From: Longimicrobiales bacterium
Lineage (GTDB): Bacteria; Gemmatimonadota; Gemmatimonadetes; Longimicrobiales; Gaopeijiaceae
Assembly (NCBI GenBank): GCA_965116905.1
Contig: OZ220732.1
Location: forward strand, 3,072,001 to 3,136,000
Reading direction: 5' to 3'
Length of the DNA: 64,000 nucleotides
Below the pieces are notes generated by a model that was not told the origin of the DNA, did no database searches, and saw only the letters and a list, made by a program, of their open reading frames with translations. Shown in pieces: positions 1 to 8,161 of the stretch (positions are counted from its first letter, which is position 1; each line of letters begins with the position of its first letter). The translations under genes were made by a program, and so were the position numbers.

Positions 1-905
1 TGCTGGGCCTCGAGATCGGCCTCGGCGTACATTCCCGGCTTGATCCTTCCGTCCGCGTTGTCGATGTGAACGGTCACGCGCGCCGTGTTCGTCTCCGGGT
101 CGATCACCGGATTGATCGTCTCGATCACGCCTTGAAAGGGCCGGTCCGGGAAGGCCGTGAAATCCAGCGTGGCCACCCGCCCCTCGTCGAGGTACACCAC
201 CTCGGTGCCCAGGACCTGCACAGCCACCTTGATCGGGTCCAGGTCGACGATCGTGAGAAGCTCGTCGCCTTCGCGGACGAACTGTCCCGGCACGACCATC
301 ACGTCGGCCACGCGGCCACCGAAGGGTGCGCGCACCGCGGCCTTCTCCAGTTCGAGAACCGCCTTGCGGTGCGCGACCTCCGCCTCGTCCAGCCCGGTCA
401 CCGCGCGAGCGAGCTGGTCCCTCCGGGCCCTGACCTCGGGATCGTCCAGCTGGTCGTCGCCGATGACCCGGGTCTGATAGTCCACGCGGGCCTTCTGCAG
501 CGCCGCGAACCGCGCCGCCACCTCGAGCGCGTACTCGGTGGTGTCGATCTGGACCATCAGCTGGCCCGCCCCCACGGCGCGGTTCTCCCGCACCGGCACG
601 GAAGCCACGATTCCCGAGGCGCGGGCCGTGAGCTTCGCTTCGCGGATCGCCTCGGCGCGGCCTTTCGCGGTCACGGAGATCCACAGCGTGTCCTTCACCG
701 CCGCCACGCCGGTGACTGGCTGGGGAAGCTCGGTGCTGAACTGCTGCTGTACCGACTCGACCACCTCGCCGGCCTCTTCGGAGAGTTCGGCCGAATCGCT
801 TTCCTCTTCCGGCTCCGGGCGGAGGCGCCACCAGACGCCGCCGGCCAGCAGCGCCAGGATGATCAGGACCGTGAGTACGCCAAGGGTGGATCGTGATTGT
901 GCCAT
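1..905 (-). CDS. Efflux RND transporter periplasmic adaptor (membrane fusion protein); 3' end runs off the window
   Basis: Hand translation (not in the ORF track): MAQSRSTLGVLTVLIILALLAGGVWW N-terminal TM, lipoyl-like halves (ARASGIVASVPVREN, VRAPFGGRVADVMVVPGQFV), and INPVIDPETNTARV..NADGRIKPGMY. Confidence 0.88.
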   Translation of the reverse strand, partial: MAQSRSTLGVLTVLIILALLAGGVWWRLRPEPEEESDSAELSEEAGEVVESVQQQFSTELPQPVTGVAAVKDTLWISVTAKGRAEAIREAKLTARASGIVASVPVRENRAVGAGQLMVQIDTTEYALEVAARFAALQKARVDYQTRVIGDDQLDDPEVRARRDQLARAVTGLDEAEVAHRKAVLELEKAAVRAPFGGRVADVMVVPGQFVREGDELLTIVDLDPIKVAVQVLGTEVVYLDEGRVATLDFTAFPDRPFQGVIETINPVIDPETNTARVTVHIDNADGRIKPGMYAEADLEAQ

Positions 906-1129
906 CGCTCACATCTCTCTTTGGAAGACGTGGGGTCGGAGACGCGGGTGCCGTCCGACACCCTACCACTCTGACACCATCCTGTCGTGAGGAGGTTGCC
1001 GCGGGTCACGTTGTCCTTACACCCGGTCACGGCGACAACATCCCATCTATTACACACTGCGCGGATTCTATCGTTCCAGACGCGCGAGCCCCGCGAACCG
1101 TGCAATCCCGGGCGGCCGCGGCGGTGCCC

Positions 1130-2365
1130 TCAGTCGCCGCCGGATCCCGCCCCCGCCGACACGGCGACCGAATACCTGCGGGCCACGTAGTCGCCCAGGA
1201 TCTCCTTGAACTCCTCCACGATCCCGTCTCCCTTCAGGGTGCGGTAGTGGGCACCGTCGACGTACACCGGCGCCTTGGGCTCCTCGAAGGTGCCCGGCAG
1301 GGAGATCCCCAGGTCGGCGTGCTTGGACTCGCCCGGGCCGTTCACCACGCACCCCATCACCGCCACCTTGAGGTCCTCGACCCCCGGGTAGATCCGGCGC
1401 CACTCGGGCATCCTCTTCCGGATATGGCCCTGGATGTCCTCGGTCATCTCCTGGAAGAAGGTGCTCGTCGTGCGGCCGCAACCCGGGCACGCGGTCACCT
1501 GCGGCTCGAAGCTGCGGATCTCGAGCGACTGGAGAATCTGCTGCGCCACCCGCACTTCCTCGGTGCGGTCGCCTCCGGGCCGCGGCGTAAGCGACACGCG
1601 AATGGTGTCGCCGATCCCGTCGAGCAGGAGCGGCGAGAGCGCGGCGGCGGTGGCCACGATGCCCTTGGAGCCCATGCCCGCCTCGGTGAGCCCCAGGTGC
1701 AGCGGGTACTCCGTGCGCGGGGCCAGCTGGCGGTACACCAGGATCAGGTCGCGGACTCCCGACACCTTGGCGCTCAGCACGATGCGGTCCGCGCCCAGCC
1801 CCGTCTCCTCCGCCAGGTCGGCCGAACGCGTCGCGCTCTCGACGATGCAGTCGCGCAACACGTCGCCCGCGTCCTTCGGATTCTCGCGCCGGCCGTTCTC
1901 GTCCATCATCTGCGTCAGCAGGCGCTGGTCGAGAGACCCCCAGTTGACGCCGATGCGGATGGCCTTCCCGTTCTCCATCGCGATCCGGACGATGGACTGG
2001 AAATTCTCGTCGCGGCGGCTCGTGCCCACGTTGCCCGGGTTGATCCGGTACTTGGACAGGAGCGCGGCCGCGCGCGGGAAGTCGCGCAGCAGGATGTGGC
2101 CGTTGTAGTGGAAGTCCCCCACGATCGGCACGGTGCAGCCCAGGTCGGCCAGCCGGTCGAACAGCTCCGGGACGGCGGCCGCGGCGTGCTTGTTGTTCAC
2201 CGTCACCCGCACCAACTCGCTCCCCGCGTCCGCCAGCGCCTTGACCTGTGCGGCGGTCGAGGCCGGATCGGCGGTGTCCGTATTCGTCATCGATTGCACG
2301 ACGACCGGACCGCCGCCCCCCACCTTGACCCCGCCGATATCGACGCGCGCAGTCTTTCTGGCCAA
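1130..2365 (-). CDS. ispG: (E)-4-hydroxy-3-methylbut-2-enyl-diphosphate synthase (flavodoxin)
   Basis: [50 protein letters not shown] and [11 protein letters not shown] motifs; GAGGAG RBS before the TTG start. Confidence 0.97.
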   Translation of the reverse strand: MARKTARVDIGGVKVGGGGPVVVQSMTNTDTADPASTAAQVKALADAGSELVRVTVNNKHAAAAVPELFDRLADLGCTVPIVGDFHYNGHILLRDFPRAAALLSKYRINPGNVGTSRRDENFQSIVRIAMENGKAIRIGVNWGSLDQRLLTQMMDENGRRENPKDAGDVLRDCIVESATRSADLAEETGLGADRIVLSAKVSGVRDLILVYRQLAPRTEYPLHLGLTEAGMGSKGIVATAAALSPLLLDGIGDTIRVSLTPRPGGDRTEEVRVAQQILQSLEIRSFEPQVTACPGCGRTTSTFFQEMTEDIQGHIRKRMPEWRRIYPGVEDLKVAVMGCVVNGPGESKHADLGISLPGTFEEPKAPVYVDGAHYRTLKGDGIVEEFKEILGDYVARRYSVAVSAGAGSGGD

Positions 2366-2463
2366 GGGCTCCTCGCTTACGTTCGGATCGATGTCCCTGC
2401 CGCCTCCCGCAGCGACGCGGTTGAATGAAACCTACCGGAATCCAACGTCAGGACGAAGATCCC

Positions 2464-5319
2464 ATGAAGAATCCGCTCGCACCTCGCCACGCAGCCGCCC
2501 TGCTCCTGGCCGCCGTCTTCGCTACCGGCGCGGGAGCGCAGGAGAAGCCCACGCTCACCACCGACGACTACGGGCAGTGGGAGTCGCTCGGGACCGCGAC
2601 GCTGTCGCCCGACGGCCGCTGGATGGCGGTGGCCATCGGACGCGTCGATGACGAGGACGAACTGCGGGTCCACGCCACTGACTCCGACTCGGTCGTGGCG
2701 GTCCCCTTCGCCACCCGCCCCGCCTTCAGCCGGGACAGCCGCTGGCTGGCCTACTCGATCGGGGTTTCGCCCTCCGAGCGGGACCAGGCGGAGGCGCGGC
2801 AGGAGCCCCCGCGCAACGCGCTCGGCCTGTTGAACCTGAGCACCGGCGAGACGGAGCGCATCGACGAGGTCGAGTCCTTCTCGCTGTCCGACGACGGGCG
2901 GTACCTGGCGTTCAGCCGCTACAAGCCCGAAGGCAAGGAGAGCGCCGGGGTCGACGTGGTCGTGCGTGACCTGTCCTCGGGCGCGACCCTCAGCTTCGGC
3001 AACGTGTCGCAAACCGCGTGGAGCGACGAAGGCCACCTCCTGGCGATGACCGTGGACGCCGACGATCGCATCGGCAACGGCGTGAAGGTCTACGACCCCG
3101 CGTCCGGCCGCCTCCGGTCGCTGGACACGGATGACGCCACCTACAGGGGTCTTTCCTGGCGCGACGAAGCCATGGACCTGGCGGTCCTCAAGACGTACAC
3201 CGACGACGCCCACGAGGACACGGCCCACGTGGCGCTCGCGTGGCGCTCCCTGGACGAGGGCGAAGGCCGGGCGTTCGTGCTGGACCCGCGCGAAGGATCC
3301 ATGCTGCCCGAGGGCACCCGCCTGGTGGAGCACCGCACGCCGTCGTGGTCGGAGGACGGAGATGCGCTGTTCCTCGGCCTTCAGGACCGCCGGCCGGTCG
3401 AAGAGCCGGAGGAAGAGGAGGAGGACGCCGCGGAGGACGGCGAGAACGAGGAGGAAGAGGGGGAAGAGGGCGAAGGTGACGGCGATGGCGAGGGGGACGG
3501 CACGGAAGGCGACGCCGCGGACGCCGGAGAGGAGGAAGACCCCCCCGGCGTCGAAATCTGGCATTCCCGCGACGTGGATCCCGTGCCGCAACAACGCGTG
3601 CGGGAGCAGCAGCTCAGGCGGGTCAACCACATCGGCACATGGCGCCTGGACGACGACCGCTTCCTCCAGCTCGGCGGCGACCACGCGGACCAGGCCCAGG
3701 TCGTCGCGGGCGGACGCCACGTGGTGGGACGCGACGAGACCCCGTACGACGTGGACGCCATGTTCCGCCAGCAGTTCCACGACATTTACGCCGTCGATGC
3801 ACGGACCGCGCAGCGCCAGCTCGTCCGCGAGCGCGTAACCATCACGCTCGGCGGCAGCCCAGGCGGCCGCTACGTCCTGTGGTTCGAGGGCGAGGATTAC
3901 TGGAGCTACGACCTGGAGAGCGGACAGACGCACAACCTCACCGGGGGACTTGACGGCGTGTTCGTCAACCTCGACCTCACGCCCACCCGCGAGCAGATGC
4001 CGCCCTTCGGCGTCGCGGGCTGGACGGAGGACGACGAGGCCGTGCTGATCAACGACCGCTGGGATGTCTGGGAGGTCCAGGCCGACGGCTCGGGCGGGCG
4101 GCGCCTGACCGAGGGCGCGGAGGAGCAGGTCCGCCACCGCCTGCTGCGCCTCGACCGCGAGGCGGACGCGCACGACCCGGACGAGCCCTTCTACTATTCG
4201 ACCTACGGCGAGTGGACGAAGAAGGCGGGATTCTCGCGCGCGCGTCCCGGCGACGCCCCCGAACGCCTCGTCTGGGACGACGCGGCCTACGGCGGCTTCT
4301 TCGGCGGCCTGCTCAAGGCCAAGGACGCCGACGTCTACGCCTTCCGGGGGGAGCGCTTCGACGATTCGCCCGACTACTTCGTGGCGGGCGAGGACCTCGA
4401 CGACGCGCGCCAGATCACGCGCACCAACCCCTTCCACGACGACTACGCCTGGGGCCGCTCGGAGCTGATCGACTACGAGAACGAGTGGGGCCGTCCGCTG
4501 CAGGGGGCGCTCATATACCCGGCAGACTACGAATCCGGGACGCAGTACCCGATGATCGTGTACCACTACGAGATGCTGTCACAGAGCCTCCACAGGTACG
4601 TGGTCCCCGACGCCACGAACTACTACAACGTCCAGGCGTGGAGCCAGGATGGGTACTTCGTCCTGATGCCCGACATCGTCTACCGCGACCGCCGCCCGGG
4701 ACAGTCGAACGTGGAGACGCTACGCCCGGCCGTGGCGGCCGCGATCGAGACCGGAATGATCGATCCGGACAGGGTCGGATTGATCGGACACTCGTGGGGC
4801 GGCTACCAGACCACCTTCTTCGTGACCCAGGACGACCTCTTCGCCAGTGCCGTCGCGGGCGCGCCCCTGACCAACCTCATGAGCATGTACCTGTCGTTCT
4901 ACTGGAACAGCGGGGGCACCGACGCGCGCATCTTCGAGATCAGCCAGGGACGCATGCAGGTGCCGTGGTGGGAGGACTGGGATTCGTACCACGCCAACTC
5001 GCCCATTCATCACATCGAGAACCTGAACACGCCGCTCCTGATGATGTTCGGCACCGAGGACGGCGCGGTCGAATTCAACCAGGGCGTCGAGTTCTACAAC
5101 GCGGCCCGTCGCACGGGCAAGGACATGGTGCTTCTCGTGTACGAGGGCGAGAATCACGGGTTGCGCAACGAGGCCAACCAGAAGGACTACCGCGACCGGA
5201 TCATGCAGTGGTTCGCGCACTACCTGAAGGGCGAGCCGGCGCCGGACTGGATCACGAAGGGACTCCCGTATCTCGAACAGAAGGACGGTTTGGCCCGGAA
5301 GAAGCGGCGGATCAGCTGA
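2464..5319 (+). CDS. Secreted S9 family (prolyl oligopeptidase/acylaminoacyl peptidase-like) serine peptidase
   Basis: Signal peptide ending AGA-Q, beta-propeller repeats (SPDGRW, FSRDSRW), nucleophile GHSWGG, Asp in GTEDGAV, His in GENHGL. Confidence 0.92.
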   Translation: MKNPLAPRHAAALLLAAVFATGAGAQEKPTLTTDDYGQWESLGTATLSPDGRWMAVAIGRVDDEDELRVHATDSDSVVAVPFATRPAFSRDSRWLAYSIGVSPSERDQAEARQEPPRNALGLLNLSTGETERIDEVESFSLSDDGRYLAFSRYKPEGKESAGVDVVVRDLSSGATLSFGNVSQTAWSDEGHLLAMTVDADDRIGNGVKVYDPASGRLRSLDTDDATYRGLSWRDEAMDLAVLKTYTDDAHEDTAHVALAWRSLDEGEGRAFVLDPREGSMLPEGTRLVEHRTPSWSEDGDALFLGLQDRRPVEEPEEEEEDAAEDGENEEEEGEEGEGDGDGEGDGTEGDAADAGEEEDPPGVEIWHSRDVDPVPQQRVREQQLRRVNHIGTWRLDDDRFLQLGGDHADQAQVVAGGRHVVGRDETPYDVDAMFRQQFHDIYAVDARTAQRQLVRERVTITLGGSPGGRYVLWFEGEDYWSYDLESGQTHNLTGGLDGVFVNLDLTPTREQMPPFGVAGWTEDDEAVLINDRWDVWEVQADGSGGRRLTEGAEEQVRHRLLRLDREADAHDPDEPFYYSTYGEWTKKAGFSRARPGDAPERLVWDDAAYGGFFGGLLKAKDADVYAFRGERFDDSPDYFVAGEDLDDARQITRTNPFHDDYAWGRSELIDYENEWGRPLQGALIYPADYESGTQYPMIVYHYEMLSQSLHRYVVPDATNYYNVQAWSQDGYFVLMPDIVYRDRRPGQSNVETLRPAVAAAIETGMIDPDRVGLIGHSWGGYQTTFFVTQDDLFASAVAGAPLTNLMSMYLSFYWNSGGTDARIFEISQGRMQVPWWEDWDSYHANSPIHHIENLNTPLLMMFGTEDGAVEFNQGVEFYNAARRTGKDMVLLVYEGENHGLRNEANQKDYRDRIMQWFAHYLKGEPAPDWITKGLPYLEQKDGLARKKRRIS

Positions 5320-5363
5320 CCCGCGATGATCGTTTGATGATGCGGCCCTGATACCCTGCACAA

Positions 5364-6593
5364 ATGGACGACCGCAAACAAAGCTACGAGCAGCAGGTCA
5401 GGCCGGAGGCGACCGTCGACGACCTCGACATCGATCTGGCGGCATCGTTCCTGGCCGGAACGCCGGACGGCCAGGCCGGATCCGCTGTGGAGGTGCTCGA
5501 ACGGTATGGCCTGATTGCGCGGTCCGGCGAGGGCGGGCTGGTCACGAACGCTGCACTCCTGCTCTTCGGGCGGGAGCCGGCCGACCGCTGGCACCCGGAC
5601 GCGGGCATCCACGTTTTTCGCGTCACGGGCACCCGGCGCCTGCCCGGACGGACGGGCAACGTGAACAGGGTCGGTCGGGCCGACCCGCCCCTGGCGCGTG
5701 CGGTCGACGAGATCCGTCGAGTTACACGGACGCAAATCCGCCGTTCCGATGCCCTGCGCGACATCTTCTACCGGGATCTCCCGGAGTACCCGGACGAGGC
5801 CTGGCAGGAAGCGCTGATCAACGCGATCGCCCACAGGGACTACAGCGTGCAGAACCGGCGCGTGGAGGTCTGGTTCTTCGACGACCGCATGGAGGTGTCG
5901 AGCCCGGGCGAGGTGCCGGAGCCCGTTACGGTGGAGGCGCTGGGGGAAGGCAATGCCGAGGCCGCCGCCCGCAACCCCCTGATGGCGCGCGTGCTCGCCG
6001 ACGCCGGACACATGCGGGCAGCGGGGAGCGGGATCGGCCGCATGCGCGCGAGCATGGCGGCCAGCTTCCTACGGAGGCCCAGGTTCGAGGAGAAGGGGGT
6101 GGTCTTTTCCGTCAAGCTCTTCAAGGAGCCGACATTCGAGACGGCGGGCCCCGGGTGGAGCTACCTGGTACGGCAGCTCCCCATCTCCGGAGATCAGAAG
6201 CGAATCCTCATCGCCCGTCCCGATGGATTCAGCCACGTCGACTACCAGCACCTGAACTCGGTACACGAGGACGAGGCGAAGAAGCGCGTCCAGGAACTGG
6301 TGGAGCAGGACATCGTGTGTCGCGACTTCGACACGGGCGAAGACGTCACCAGGTGCTATCTGACCGCCGAACTCGACGAGGCCCGCTGGTTCCTCGAGGA
6401 TCGGGTACCCAAACTGCGGGCCCACTTTCGCAAGGACCCGTGGCTGCGGAGCGGCGACTACCGAACGCTGTTCGAGATCGGCGTGCGCGACGCCGGACCG
6501 GAAATCGCGCAGTTGGTGGAACTGGGCTTTCTGCGTCCGGAAGGTCGCGGGCGGGGCGCCCGCTACATGCCCACCGCCGCCCTCAGGGGGTAG
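5364..6593 (+). CDS. RecG C-terminal-like/HATPase_c_4 protein with two C-terminal winged-HTH domains; no N-terminal AlbA_2 domain
   Basis: YPDEAWQEALINAIAHRDYS, FFDDRMEVSSPG, RNPLMARVL..GSGIGRM; C-terminal LVELGFLRPEGRGRGARY wHTH wing. Confidence 0.8.
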   Translation: MDDRKQSYEQQVRPEATVDDLDIDLAASFLAGTPDGQAGSAVEVLERYGLIARSGEGGLVTNAALLLFGREPADRWHPDAGIHVFRVTGTRRLPGRTGNVNRVGRADPPLARAVDEIRRVTRTQIRRSDALRDIFYRDLPEYPDEAWQEALINAIAHRDYSVQNRRVEVWFFDDRMEVSSPGEVPEPVTVEALGEGNAEAAARNPLMARVLADAGHMRAAGSGIGRMRASMAASFLRRPRFEEKGVVFSVKLFKEPTFETAGPGWSYLVRQLPISGDQKRILIARPDGFSHVDYQHLNSVHEDEAKKRVQELVEQDIVCRDFDTGEDVTRCYLTAELDEARWFLEDRVPKLRAHFRKDPWLRSGDYRTLFEIGVRDAGPEIAQLVELGFLRPEGRGRGARYMPTAALRG

Positions 6594-6633
6594 CGGCCAC
6601 GGGCCTTCGCGGCCCCCGGCCTCGCTCCGGCGC

Positions 6634-7896
6634 CTACGAACCCGGATCGCCGTGCGCCGGATCCCCGTGCGCCGGATTCCCGTGGGCGGGGCGATCATTG
6701 GCCGGTGGGTGCTCGCTCCCCCGCACCACCCGGGCTTCCCCGGCCGGGTTCCTGTCCAGGCAAAGCACCTGCTGCGGCTGAACCCGGTCGACAAGCGCGC
6801 GCGAATGCGTCGACGCCAGCACCTGCGCGCCGGGAACCGTGGACAGCGCGCGATGAACTGCGCCCAGAGCGGATGGGTGCAGGCTCCGCTCGGGTTCGAC
6901 GACCCAGCACAGGCCCTCCATCGGCGGCAGCGCGGGGAGCAGCGTCAGCGCCAGGAGCCTGAGCGTCCCCTCGGACTCGAGCCAGGCCGGGGATTCGCGT
7001 CCGTCGTCGTAGACCAGCACCAGGTACTCCGCGCGATCCGTTTCGCGCTCCGAAACCCGAATGTCCGCCAGCCCCGGGATCGCGGTTCGGACCTCGGTCA
7101 GCCATTCCTCGAAGCCCTTCCGCCGGTCGCGGCGCATCCGCCGCACCAGCGCCGGTAGATTGGAGCCGTCGGCGGCGGGCACGTCGTCGAGAGCATCCGC
7201 GGGGCTGTGGCCGCCGAGCGCGCGTCCGTCCAGGGTCAACCGCCGGACCCTTCGCTCCAGAAAGTCCTTGAATTCGGTCGTTGCCGGCATGGTGTCCACG
7301 GACTCCGGCAGGCTGCCCAGGGTGGAACGGCGCGGGCCGAAGTTGATGCCGATCTTGGTCCACCCCTTGCCGCCGGTGGTCTCCGCATAGAACCAGTCGT
7401 TGCCGCTCGCCTTGCTGAGCACGGTGCTGGCCCCGGGCCGGGCGCTCGAAAGGATTGTGGACGGTGGTTCCAGGGGATAGGGGAACAGCGTCTCCTGGGC
7501 GGGAGCCGGGCCCGGCGGGGGCATGAGCACACCCCGTTCCGCCTCGATGCGCACCCCGTCGGCGTCACGCCCCATGGCGATCTCATACCGGTAGGTCCCG
7601 AAGTCCCTGTCCGCCGGCAAACGGGAGACACAGCGTTCGGGAATCACGAACTCGACAGCGATCTCGAATCGCCCGCCGCGTTCGGGCCGGCCCCGGACGA
7701 GATCGCGAAAGTCCCCGGCCCGCGCGTCGACGGCTGCCTCCGGACCCAAGCGCACCAGGTCTCCGAGAAACAGCACGGTATCGATGAGCGTGCGCTTTCC
7801 GCCGCCATTGGGGCCGATCAACAGGTGAAACCGGTCCAGATCGATGTCCAGATGCCGGAAACACCGGTAGTTGAGGGCCTGAATGCGGCGGATCAT
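6634..7896 (-). CDS. Stand-alone ABC/AAA_21-type ATPase (defence-island type) with degenerate Walker motifs
   Basis: N-terminus MIRRIQALNYRCFR, Walker A GPNGGGKRT, signature SEGTLRLLAL, Walker B region WVVEPERSLHP, H-loop ASTHS; AAGGGAG RBS upstream. The ORF-track start at 8100 overlaps the tRNA. Confidence 0.8.
   Translation of the reverse strand: MIRRIQALNYRCFRHLDIDLDRFHLLIGPNGGGKRTLIDTVLFLGDLVRLGPEAAVDARAGDFRDLVRGRPERGGRFEIAVEFVIPERCVSRLPADRDFGTYRYEIAMGRDADGVRIEAERGVLMPPPGPAPAQETLFPYPLEPPSTILSSARPGASTVLSKASGNDWFYAETTGGKGWTKIGINFGPRRSTLGSLPESVDTMPATTEFKDFLERRVRRLTLDGRALGGHSPADALDDVPAADGSNLPALVRRMRRDRRKGFEEWLTEVRTAIPGLADIRVSERETDRAEYLVLVYDDGRESPAWLESEGTLRLLALTLLPALPPMEGLCWVVEPERSLHPSALGAVHRALSTVPGAQVLASTHSRALVDRVQPQQVLCLDRNPAGEARVVRGSEHPPANDRPAHGNPAHGDPAHGDPGS
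6641..6685. repeat. 15-bp imperfect tandem repeat x3 (PAHG[ND] tail of the ATPase)
   Basis: ccggatcgccgtgcg / ccggatccccgtgcg / ccggattcccgtggg. Confidence 0.8.
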
Positions 7897-7914
7897 CCGA
7901 ATGCGGACTCCCTT

Positions 7915-7943
7915 GCTGTCGCCATAGCGGAGGGGGTGGGATT
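7915..7943 (-). repeat. Direct-repeat copy of the tRNA-Ser 3' end plus trailer (att-like)
   Basis: cggagggggtgggatt at 7928-7943 is identical to 7978-7993; gctgtcgc is also repeated at 7915-7922 and 7966-7973. Confidence 0.85.
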
Positions 7944-7977
7944 GGCCTCCGGGCGGCTCCGTATCGCTGTCGCTCAA

Positions 7978-8061
<84 letters not shown>

Positions 8062-8071
8062 GGGCCCGCGA

Positions 8072-8100
8072 AAGATGGGCGCGCACCGGGCGGCATTCAA
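8072..8100 (-). promoter_or_regulatory. Putative sigma70-type promoter of tRNA-Ser
   Basis: TTGAAT-N17-CATCTT followed by a GC-rich discriminator, 10 nt before the tRNA 5' end. Confidence 0.55.
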
Positions 8101-8147
8101 GCGTGGGGCCGGCCCGGCGCCTCGCCGCTCTCGGTGCTCGGGCGGCT

Positions 8148-8156
8148 TTATCCACA
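8148..8156 (+). promoter_or_regulatory. Perfect DnaA box (single)
   Basis: TTATCCACA in the purH-tRNA intergenic region. Confidence 0.4.
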
Positions 8157-8161
8157 GACTG

